Assembly: GCA_024234365.1 (NCBI GenBank)
Contig: JACKOK010000005.1
Location: 79,219 to 103,218 of the forward strand
Source: Pseudomonadales bacterium
Lineage (GTDB): Bacteria > Pseudomonadota > Gammaproteobacteria > Pseudomonadales > Pseudohongiellaceae
Direction: 5' to 3'
DNA: 24,000 bases
How positions within the stretch are numbered: position 1 is the stretch's first letter; every line of letters begins with the position of its first letter. The position numbers and the translations under genes were made by a program. Below the pieces are notes generated by a model. That model was given only the letters and a program-made list of their open reading frames with translations, ran no database searches and had not been told where the DNA came from. Below, in pieces: positions 9,142 through 16,110 of this stretch.

Positions 9142-9223
9142 AGACGATGATTGATATCCAGGGTGTTGTTTGCTGGCAAGGACTGGCACACTGGGGCAGA
9201 AGCCAGACAGGAGGAGTCAGAGC

Positions 9224-9704
9224 ATGTGGTATCAGGGCGGCTGCCTTTTGCGGCGCGGTGCAGTTTGAGGTGGAGGCACCGGAGGTAATCGAGTGCAGTG
9301 ACTGCAATTGCTCCATCTGCGCGAAGGCGGGGTTTCTGCATCTGATCGTGCCCAAGTCCCGCTTTCGTCTGCTGCAGGGGGAGGATCAGTTGAGTCTTTA
9401 TACCTTCAATACCGGCGTGGCGAAGCACACCTTCTGCCGTACCTGTGGCATCAAACCCTTCTATATTCCGCGCTCCAACCCCGACGGGGTGGATATCAAT
9501 GTGCGCTGCCTGAACCCCATTCCGCAGAACCTGCACATCACCAAATTCGACGGACAGAAACTGAGCAGCACGGCGCCGAACTGGCACATCTCAGTAAGAA
9601 ACGTCCTGATCCTGTTTCACTCGGGGTTCAGTTTTGTCACCCGGAATGACACTGTGAAGCTGTCTGTCGAGGTCTGCAAGATGCTGAGGTTTCCGTGCAG
9701 ATAG
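9224..9704 (+). pseudogene. GFA / CENP-V family (glutathione-dependent formaldehyde-activating-like) gene, apparently frameshifted
   Basis: A strong start (GAGGAG 9211-9216, then ATG 9224) gives MWYQGGCL and then hits a stop at 9263-9265. The family core (FCGAVQFEV...ECSDCNCSICAKAGFLHLIVPKSRFRLLQGEDQLSLYTFNTGVAKHTFCRTCGIKPFYIPRSNPDGVDINVRCL...FDGQ) continues in the +1 frame. Removing one T from the T4 run at 9246-9249 yields MWYQGGCLCGAVQFEV, the canonical N-terminus. The C-terminal part after FDGQ looks better in the original frame (EQHGAELAHLSKK, ending 9649). The 3' end is therefore uncertain between 9649 and 9704. Confidence 0.55.
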
Positions 9705-10041
9705 GTGGTTTGGTCTGGCACGCGAATGAAGTTACCGGTGGCACTGATCGTTCACGACGGTGTCTCCGATCCCTGACCATTGCTGGCGAAGAACCTGGAC
9801 GGCGAAATGCTGGTAGATTTCGTCCACACTCTTGTCGCCTGCTGAAATCGATATCGATCTGCGGTGCATGCCGTTGCCGGAGCCAGAGCCACCGCTACCC
9901 GGGAACGGTGAGCGCGACACCCTGTTCTGTTCCACCGGAAGCTCCAGCACCGGCATGTATTGCAGCAGCGTTGAGCATGGCGAGGGTGGCCTGCCCGACA
10001 AAGGGCCAGCGACTCTGCGGGGTTGTGGATTGATCGCAGTT

Positions 10042-10542
10042 TCACAACCTTGCCAGTCCGGATTTCCCATTGGGATTTGACGTGCCCAAAGTAAGCAGGT
10101 TGGCGTCTCTGCCTGTGGTGTGGATGACCGTCAGGAAGCCAACATCATCCCTGCAGAACAACTGTCGTTGCATGCTGAGGAGGGACGGAGAAAAGCCACG
10201 GCTCGCTTGAGGTATCTCCACGAAGTTGGCTGTGATCAGGGCATTCGAGAAGCGCTGCAGGCTGGTGGGGCCGTCCTCAAGAGTCGTCAGCGCAAGCTGC
10301 AATTGTCCCGTTTCCAACTGCAGCCCGCCCAGCACGGTAAATCCGGCTGGCAGATCGAAGCGGGGGAAGTTGTCGGGAATGCCGGGGTAGATATGAACCT
10401 CGGGAGAGGCGGGATTCTGCAGCAGGGCTTTGACCAGGGCGAGGGGAACGTTGCCCTCGAATTCGGCTGCCTGGCTGCCCGATGGCAGCGCGACACAGAG
10501 GCTCAGGATGAACAGGCAGGACGCAGGCGTTTTTCTTGTCAT
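10042..10542 (-). CDS. Secreted hypothetical protein (166 aa)
   Basis: Taken from ORF 10042..10590. The start was moved to ATG 10542 (AGAGGG 7 nt upstream). MTRKTPASCLFILSLCVALPSGSQA|AE is a clear signal peptide with an AxA-type cleavage site. No family was recognised. Confidence 0.6.
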   Translation of the reverse strand: MTRKTPASCLFILSLCVALPSGSQAAEFEGNVPLALVKALLQNPASPEVHIYPGIPDNFPRFDLPAGFTVLGGLQLETGQLQLALTTLEDGPTSLQRFSNALITANFVEIPQASRGFSPSLLSMQRQLFCRDDVGFLTVIHTTGRDANLLTLGTSNPNGKSGLARL

Positions 10543-10598
10543 GATGTGCCCTCTTGCGGATGATGATTTCGGGGGCTTGTTTCCCCACATTGTTGACG

Positions 10599-10628
10599 GG
10601 TATAGCAGGCGGGGCTGGGTTTAGTCAA
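10599..10628 (-). promoter_or_regulatory. Candidate sigma70 promoter for the secreted hypothetical protein gene
   Basis: The minus strand reads TTGACT (10628-10623), an 18-nt spacer, then TATACC (10604-10599), about 55 nt upstream of ATG 10542. Confidence 0.35.
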
Positions 10629-10675
10629 TGCAGGCCATCGGGAAAGTTGTGCCGAGTCTTGGGGGAAAATGGATT

Positions 10676-10752
10676 TGGTGCCCCGGACAGGATTTGAACC
10701 TGTGACCTGCCCCTTAGGAGGGGGCCGCGCTATCCAGCTGTGCCACCGGAGC
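10676..10752 (-). tRNA. tRNA-Arg (anticodon CCT)
   Basis: The reverse complement folds as a 77-nt cloverleaf. The acceptor stem GCTCCGG pairs with CCGGGGC (one G-U pair). The D arm is GCAC-AGCTGGATA-GCGC. The anticodon stem GCCCC/GGGGC carries the loop CT-CCT-AA. The T arm is ACAGG-TTCAAAT-CCTGT. The discriminator is A and CCA is encoded. Confidence 0.93.
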
Positions 10753-10812
10753 AGGGTGGTGTTGCGGGCCTGGCTGTTGGATAGGGCGCGGATTATAGCA
10801 CGGGGTTTGAAG

Positions 10813-10880
10813 GTAGGAGCCAGCCCTGCTGGCGATTGAGGGGCTGGAAGCTAGTAATCGCCTGCAGGGCAGGCTCCTAC
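10813..10880. repeat. Long imperfect palindrome (25-bp arms, 2 mismatches, 18-nt loop)
   Basis: GTAGGAGCCAGCCCTGCTGGCGATT (10813-10837) is the reverse complement of AATCGCCTGCAGGGCAGGCTCCTAC (10856-10880) except at two positions. It lies between the AP2 gene stop (10908) and the tRNA. No T-tract follows on either strand. Confidence 0.7.
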
Positions 10881-10907
10881 GGCATTTAGGAGAGGGACGG
10901 AGCCTGT

Positions 10908-11375
10908 TCAGGTAGCCACGCGGTTGGCTGCCACCTCTTCACGGCGGCGTTTGACCGCCATGGCTCGGGCCTTTTTGTCGCCGTATTTGTTGATGGAGAA
11001 GTAGGCATTGCGCTGCCGACGCTGCCCGCCAGCGTTTTCTTGCCAGGTAGCAACCCAGGCGTGGTCGCTTTCGGAGTAACTGACGCCGATTTCTCCAGAG
11101 GAATTAAGGGGAGAAACCTTGCGGGGGCTGAACTTGGTGTAGGGCCAGTGCTCCCCATAAATCTTGCGGCCTTCCTCGTCGCGCTTTTTCATGGCTGCCT
11201 TGATGGCATTGTCCTTGCCGCCGTATTTCTTGAAGGGGAAGGACTCCTGAAAGCTTTTTTCGTCGTATTTGATGCGCACCCATGCACAGTTGGTGCCGCG
11301 GGATTCGATGATGCTGATGTGGTGAAGTGGGTCCAGTTTTTTCACAAAAACCTCTCTGTCAACGCAAGAGCCCAT
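10908..11375 (-). CDS. DNA-binding protein with two AP2-like domains (phage or mobile-element type)
   Basis: There are two repeats of the AP2 pattern. The first is SRGTNCAWVRIKYDEKSFQESFPFKKYGGKDNAIKAAMKKRDEEG. The second is SGEIGVSYSESDHAWVATWQENAGGQRRQRNAYFSINKYGDKKARAMAVKRRREE. An alternative start is GTG 11345, which has GAGAGG and a 5-nt spacer and gives a stronger RBS than ATG 11375. Confidence 0.65.
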   Translation of the reverse strand: MGSCVDREVFVKKLDPLHHISIIESRGTNCAWVRIKYDEKSFQESFPFKKYGGKDNAIKAAMKKRDEEGRKIYGEHWPYTKFSPRKVSPLNSSGEIGVSYSESDHAWVATWQENAGGQRRQRNAYFSINKYGDKKARAMAVKRRREEVAANRVAT

Positions 11376-11440
11376 TGTCTCTGGGTCTCGACAAATTCCC
11401 CCGAATCTTCTCGTTGCCTCTATCCTTGTATGCGCGAGTG

Positions 11441-11680
11441 CTAGAGCCGTTGGCCCATGTGGCAGGCCATGTGTTGAATCACACCGGGTTTTTGGCAGGC
11501 GATTTTCGAAATCTTGTATTCGTATTCTTTCGCTGCCGGGTCCAGACCTACTGCTTCGCCGATGGCGGCGCTTAAGTCTGCTTCGGCCGCCTGTCGGGTC
11601 AGATAGGGGCCGGAGATATTGACCTGGAGTGTGGGCTCGTTTGGTGCTGTCGCAATAATATAGAAATTTTCAACGTTCAT
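11441..11680 (-). CDS. Hypothetical protein (79 aa)
   Basis: Intact ORF (MNVENFYIIATAPNEPTLQVNISGPYLTRQAAEADL...) lying upstream of, and co-oriented with, the AP2 gene. No clear RBS and no recognised family. It contains visibly AT-rich stretches. Confidence 0.4.
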   Translation of the reverse strand: MNVENFYIIATAPNEPTLQVNISGPYLTRQAAEADLSAAIGEAVGLDPAAKEYEYKISKIACQKPGVIQHMACHMGQRL

Positions 11681-12198
11681 TGCTGATAGTGTTTCTGATC
11701 CTGGCAGAGGTCGGGGTAGCGCCTCTGAGCGGTGCCCGTCCGGGTAGGACCGGCTCGTAGATCAGTTTTTACTCCTTCTGGAAGTGAGAACGGGATTGTC
11801 GCCGTTTTCTTACCCCGCGAACCGTAAAAATTGTTTTGCGATCCCTGCACGAAGCCGGGACAGATCCAGTCTGGAATCCTCACACTTAACCCACGCTGAA
11901 CCGGTGAGTTCGTGCGGGCCGAATCTGCCCTCTTGATTGGGCGCACATTATCCAGCTTTCCTGCGCATCTTAATAGTGTCTGAGGGGTAGAAAATGGGTG
12001 GATTTGCGGGATTTTGACGGTTTTTGAGCGGCAAGTGACTGTCGTCACTCCGCCAGGAGCTGTTGAGGCGGCGGTGAAAGGGCGGGGGCGGGGTGTTGCG
12101 GGTGTATTTTGTGGGCTGCTGGCTTAGAATTCCGGGCGTGTTTTTGCCGCCATACAGGGCGTTTCTTCCAGGTGGACGGGGTCTGCCGGTCGGTCTTC

Positions 12199-12921
12199 AT
12201 GAAAAAAATCAGCATCATCATTCCGGTCCTGCATGAAGTGCAGGCCCTGCGTCAGCATTTGCCGGCCTTGCAGGCCCTGCGGAGCCATGGATATGAGCTT
12301 CTGGTGGTGGATGGCGGGGGCGACGAAGATAGCCGCCAGGCCTGTGTGGGTCTGGTAGACAGATGGGTGTCGAGCCCTGTCGGGCGGGCAGCGCAGATGA
12401 ATGCCGGGGCTCAGCAGGCGAGCGGCGAGTTGCTACTGTTTCTGCACATAGACACGGTATTGCCGGAAACGGCGGAGTCCCTGTTGAATGGAGTGCTGGC
12501 TGATCCGCGCGTGCTCTGGGGGCGTTTTGATGTGCGTCTGAGCGGGCAGCACCGGGTGTTCCGTATGATCGAGACACTGATGAACTGGCGCTCCAGGCTG
12601 ACGGGGGTCGCAACGGGGGATCAGGCGATTTTCGTGCGCAGTACGGCCTTTGTGCGTGCGGGGGGCTTTCCGGCAATTCCGCTGATGGAGGATATTGCCC
12701 TCAGCAAAACCTTGCGCCACCTGGCCTGGCCACTGTGCCTGAGGTCGCGGGTGATCACCTCCAGCCGTCGTTGGGAGCGCCATGGCGTGTGGCGCACGAT
12801 CCTCCTGATGTGGAAGCTGCGGCTGTTGTATGTGTTGGGGGTGGCCCCGGCGACCCTGCATGCCATGTACACGAAAAAGCCCATGCAAGAAATTGAAAAG
12901 CAAGGAAAAAAAGATGTTTGA
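12199..12921 (+). CDS. Family-2 glycosyltransferase (resembles the TIGR04283-type that pairs with DUF2064)
   Basis: Taken from ORF 12109..12921. The start was moved to ATG 12199 (MKKISIIIPVLHEVQAL..., the typical GT2 beginning). Other marks are ELLVVDGGGDEDS, GRAAQMNAGA, LLFLHIDT, TGDQAIFV and PLMEDIALS. Confidence 0.8.
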   Translation: MKKISIIIPVLHEVQALRQHLPALQALRSHGYELLVVDGGGDEDSRQACVGLVDRWVSSPVGRAAQMNAGAQQASGELLLFLHIDTVLPETAESLLNGVLADPRVLWGRFDVRLSGQHRVFRMIETLMNWRSRLTGVATGDQAIFVRSTAFVRAGGFPAIPLMEDIALSKTLRHLAWPLCLRSRVITSSRRWERHGVWRTILLMWKLRLLYVLGVAPATLHAMYTKKPMQEIEKQGKKDV

Positions 12922-13558
12922 ATTTCCTCGCGCCCGCCTGGCGCTGTTTACCCGTGCCCCCGTGGCAGGGCGGGTCAAGACACGCATGCACGGCCGCTTG
13001 GGCGAGCAGGGGGCGTTGGCCTTGCACAAGGCCTTGATTGAACACATGGTGGACAAGACTGTGCGAGCATCCCTGTGCCCTGTGCAGCTTTGGGTTGCGG
13101 CTGATTCTGACGAGACTTTTCCTCATGAATATTTTTTAACCCTATGTAATAAAAAAGGAATTTATCGTCAGGAGGGGGGCGACCTGGGGGCGCGTATGCG
13201 TCACACGGTGCAAACACAGCTGATGCATGCCGACTATGTGCTGATTGTCGGCACAGACTGTGCGTCCGTGGACGAAGGCTATCTGCGCGCAGCTCTGCGC
13301 CTGCTGGCCGCAGGTGAAAACATCGTGATCGGGCCTGCCGAGGATGGCGGCTATGTGCTGCTCGGGCTGCGTATGACGCCGGATGCCTTGTTCGAAGGGG
13401 TGCCCTGGGGCAGTGAGCGGGTGATGGCCGTGACGCGGAGCAATCTGCGTGCAGCGGGGCTGAGCTGGCAGGAATTGCCCATGCGCTGGGATGTGGATAC
13501 ACCACAGGATCTGGGGCGTCTGGAAACGCTTGATCCTCCAATAAAAATAATGGAATAA
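12914..13558 (+). CDS. DUF2064-family (TIGR04282-like) glycosyltransferase-fold protein
   Basis: ATG 12914 overlaps the upstream stop by 8 nt (ATGTTTGA). Recognised marks are LALFTRAPVAGRVKTRM, GGDLGARM, IVGTDCASV, IGPAEDGGYVLLGL, VPWGSERV and WDVDTPQDL. Confidence 0.75.
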   Translation: MFEFPRARLALFTRAPVAGRVKTRMHGRLGEQGALALHKALIEHMVDKTVRASLCPVQLWVAADSDETFPHEYFLTLCNKKGIYRQEGGDLGARMRHTVQTQLMHADYVLIVGTDCASVDEGYLRAALRLLAAGENIVIGPAEDGGYVLLGLRMTPDALFEGVPWGSERVMAVTRSNLRAAGLSWQELPMRWDVDTPQDLGRLETLDPPIKIME

Positions 13559-13588
13559 CAGTTGGTTAAGAAATTTTATTAAAGAGGT

Positions 13589-14302
13589 TTAGACGAGCTC
13601 TTCCCGCTGCAGGAAGGTCACAAAGCGGTTGACGACCTGCTGGGTGGCGCGGGGGAGGTCAATGAAACGGCAGCCGCACATGGTCTGATTGCGTTCCTTG
13701 CTGTACTGGTAATAGATGATTTCGAGCCGGCAGTCCAGGGTCTGATCCTGGGATGGAATCTCGATCAGGGCATTGAATGTTTCCATCGGCTCAAACTCGG
13801 GTGTCACCTCTCCCGGAAAACCCACGCGGATGCCGGTGGCGGAAATATTGAGCACACGCCCGAACAGCTCCTGCTCCCGGCTCTGCGAGCTGTAGCGCGC
13901 AGTGGTTTTCATGCTGCCGGGCACATAGGCGCGGAAGGCCTCACGGCGCTGCATGTACAACATCTTTGCCGGGAAGGGAATCTGGTAATACAGCCCGTCC
14001 GGGCTGTCGATGGTGCGGGCACAGACCAGATCCTTGGCATGCACCTTGATGCCATGAATGCTCGCACGGATGCCGAATGTGGTGCGTGCCTCGATCTTGC
14101 GGTGGCCATCGCGGGGCGTCACTTCGTCCATGAGGAAATAACGTTCCTGCAGATTGGCGTCGAGAATCATGGTGTTGTACAGCTGAGCGCTGTCGTCAAA
14201 CTGCACGTTCACAAGGCTGCGTTCATTCTGCAGGGCGCGCAGTACACTGAAGATGTCGCCTGCGCCGTAGTAGTATCGGTCTGATCCGTCGTTGAATGCC
14301 AT
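13589..14302 (-). CDS. ycgR: Flagellar brake protein, YcgR/FlgZ type (PilZN + PilZ c-di-GMP receptor)
   Basis: Taken from ORF 13589..14386. The start was placed at ATG 14302, 19 nt after the flgN stop; the longer forms would overlap flgN. The PilZ signatures are present as QRREAFR (RRxxxR) and NISATG ((D/N)xSxxG). The position after flgM-flgN matches the flgMNZ arrangement described in Pseudomonas. Confidence 0.8.
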   Translation of the reverse strand: MAFNDGSDRYYYGAGDIFSVLRALQNERSLVNVQFDDSAQLYNTMILDANLQERYFLMDEVTPRDGHRKIEARTTFGIRASIHGIKVHAKDLVCARTIDSPDGLYYQIPFPAKMLYMQRREAFRAYVPGSMKTTARYSSQSREQELFGRVLNISATGIRVGFPGEVTPEFEPMETFNALIEIPSQDQTLDCRLEIIYYQYSKERNQTMCGCRFIDLPRATQQVVNRFVTFLQREELV

Positions 14303-14321
14303 TGTCGTTCTTGTTCTGGTG

Positions 14322-14780
14322 TCAGGCCCTGGCGATAGCTCGTGTATCGGAAGTCGTACTGGCATCGCCGCGTTGGTCGTAGACACCGGGCTGGGACGTT
14401 TTGCCTTGCAGGATGTCCAGCAGATGACGATTGTTCAGTTTACTTCGATGCACAATCGCACCATTGATATTGCTCAAGTCCGTGCAGTGCTGCAGGCTTG
14501 TGAGCAGTTTCTGATAGAGCTCGCCCAAACCCTCCTGCTGGCAGTAGTCACGAAGCCCGTTATTGTCTGCGCACTTGCGTAAAGATGCCAGCAGTTTCCG
14601 CCTTGCATCGTCATTGGCTTCGATTTGTGCCAGCAGTTGCGCCTTGTCGATCAAGGTCTGGCTCAATGCGCCGATATCCCGGCTTTCCAGCTGGTGGCGC
14701 TCGCTGCGCAACAGGTTTTCCAGCTGCGAGGCATTGTACAGGTCCTGCTCCAGCAGGGCTTGCATGGAGGCGTTGCTCAT
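14322..14780 (-). CDS. flgN: Flagellar export chaperone FlgN
   Basis: ATG 14780 is preceded by AGGAGAG. The protein is 152 aa, helical and Leu/Gln-rich (MSNASMQALLEQDLYNASQLENLLRSERHQLESRD...). It sits directly downstream of flgM. Confidence 0.8.
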   Translation of the reverse strand: MSNASMQALLEQDLYNASQLENLLRSERHQLESRDIGALSQTLIDKAQLLAQIEANDDARRKLLASLRKCADNNGLRDYCQQEGLGELYQKLLTSLQHCTDLSNINGAIVHRSKLNNRHLLDILQGKTSQPGVYDQRGDASTTSDTRAIARA

Positions 14781-14892
14781 GGAGTCTCTCCTGGGCAACC
14801 GTGGGGTTGCCGGCCAATGAAAACATACGATGCCCGCCACACAAGAGGAGGGCGGGTCGCATCAGGCAGAATCGATGGAGTCTGCTGCGTAC

Positions 14893-15210
14893 TTACAGGT
14901 CGCTTTCGAAGCCGAGAATTTTCTCGGCCAAACGTTCGACATTGACCTGGTATTGGCCGTTGGCAATCTGATTGCGGAGTTCGGTCACACGCCCCTTGTC
15001 CACATCGGGAAGTTGGCTGATATGCGCCTCAAGACCCTGCAGGTCGACAGCCTGTGAACTGATGTGCACGGTATCCTGCGCCGCAGACCTGCCGGATTTC
15101 TGCGCCTGCGCCTGGCTGATGGAAACGGGGCTGACGCCACTCGCGCCACTGCTGCGCTGCTGCTCGCTCGGTGTTTGCGTGGCATTGCTGCCAATAGTGC
15201 TAACAGTCAT
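14893..15210 (-). CDS. flgM: Anti-sigma-28 factor FlgM
   Basis: The protein is 105 aa. It has a Ser/Gln-rich disordered N-terminus and the conserved C-terminal block VDKGRVTELRNQIANGQYQVNVERLAEKIL. It lies between flgA and flgN. Confidence 0.88.
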   Translation of the reverse strand: MTVSTIGSNATQTPSEQQRSSGASGVSPVSISQAQAQKSGRSAAQDTVHISSQAVDLQGLEAHISQLPDVDKGRVTELRNQIANGQYQVNVERLAEKILGFESDL

Positions 15211-15301
15211 GACTTCTACCTTGATTGACAGGGTGTAGCTAAGACCCGGTGCCCCCGGATAAGCCGGAGGAGTGCCACAATCTTAATTACTCTCCCTGAT
15301 G

Positions 15302-15328
15302 TTGGCGACCAATTACTGAAAAACTTTA
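15302..15328 (-). promoter_or_regulatory. Candidate sigma28 (FliA) promoter for flgM-flgN-ycgR
   Basis: The minus strand reads TAAAGTTT (15328-15321), 11 nt, then GTCGCCAA (15309-15302). Against the consensus TAAAGTTT-N11-GCCGATAA this is 8/8 for the -35 element and 5/8 for the -10 element. It lies in the flgA-flgM intergenic region. Confidence 0.45.
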
Positions 15329-15348
15329 GAAAAATTTCGCACTTCCCG

Positions 15349-16110
15349 TCAGAAACCGACACTGGCTTCGCCCTGGCCGGTGACAACGGCCTGCACGACC
15401 ATATCGGAGTTCGTGTTACGGACATTGATGCGTTTACCGAGTTCGCCGCCCTGCAGGGCCACGCCTTGCTGACGAATCTCCACAGAACCTGCTTTTGCGC
15501 TCAGGGTGACGGTATCGCCCCGCTTCACCAGCATGGGGGCGGCAAGGGCTTCCTGTGCCACCGTTGCCCCAGCTGGCAGCGGGCGTCGTACCTCCATGCC
15601 CACGGCGAGTTCGCTGGCCTGCAGATAGCTGCCCCGCAGCAGGGAGATATCGCTTTGCTCAAGGCTCAGGTCTGCCGGGCTGAGGACTTCTCCCCGCGCG
15701 ATTGGCCGGGTGGTAACCAGTACCGGCTCAAAAATTTTCACCATTACCGGAACGTATTTGCTCCACGGCGCCGTTCCGACACATTCCACCTTGACGTTGA
15801 TGCGTCCCTGCGGGCGCTGATTCTGGTTAAGTGAGGCAATCAGGGGTTGCTCACACAGGGCCAGTGGCAGGCGAGGGTCAATGCGGCTGATCTCGATTTC
15901 CACCCGGCGGCTCAATGCCTTGTCTGTATGCTGCTCCCTGGCTGCCAGCTCCTGCGGGCTGAAGAAGGCGCTGACAAACTCGTTCACTGCTGCGGTCAAC
16001 TGCTCATGCGCGCTCAGCTGTTGTGCCTGTGCCGGCGCACACAGTATGGCCAGCATCAGGCCGATGCTGCGCTTACCGTGAGACGCGTGTTGGCGAATCC
16101 TGTCTGTCAT
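15349..16110 (-). CDS. flgA: Flagellar basal-body P-ring formation chaperone FlgA
   Basis: The protein is 253 aa. It has a signal-like N-terminus (SIGLMLAILCAPAQAQQ) and a C-terminal SAF-like segment (VKRGDTVTLSAKAGSVEIRQQGVALQGGELGKRINVRN). It is divergent from flgB. Confidence 0.85.
   Translation of the reverse strand: MTDRIRQHASHGKRSIGLMLAILCAPAQAQQLSAHEQLTAAVNEFVSAFFSPQELAAREQHTDKALSRRVEIEISRIDPRLPLALCEQPLIASLNQNQRPQGRINVKVECVGTAPWSKYVPVMVKIFEPVLVTTRPIARGEVLSPADLSLEQSDISLLRGSYLQASELAVGMEVRRPLPAGATVAQEALAAPMLVKRGDTVTLSAKAGSVEIRQQGVALQGGELGKRINVRNTNSDMVVQAVVTGQGEASVGF

Noticed and set aside
9147-9223. ATG 9147 as the true start of an intact 185-aa GFA-family protein.
   Set aside because: There is no RBS. 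It adds 26 non-homologous residues and loses the first Cys of the conserved GGCxCG motif. ATG 9224 has a strong RBS and the canonical N-terminus in the adjacent frame.
10543-10907. att-type direct repeat of the tRNA-Arg 3' end that would delimit a genomic island.
   Set aside because: I could not find a second copy of the tRNA 3' segment (for example GGATTTGAACCTGTGACC) anywhere in the window by eye, and no integrase is present. A proper search needs computation over the whole genome.
14303-14386. Longer YcgR starts (ATG 14386 or 14365).
   Set aside because: They would overlap the flgN 3' end by up to 65 nt and add a Pro/Thr/Arg-rich tail that is not part of PilZN domains. ATG 14302 gives a 237-aa protein of normal length. 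Start choice remains moderately uncertain.
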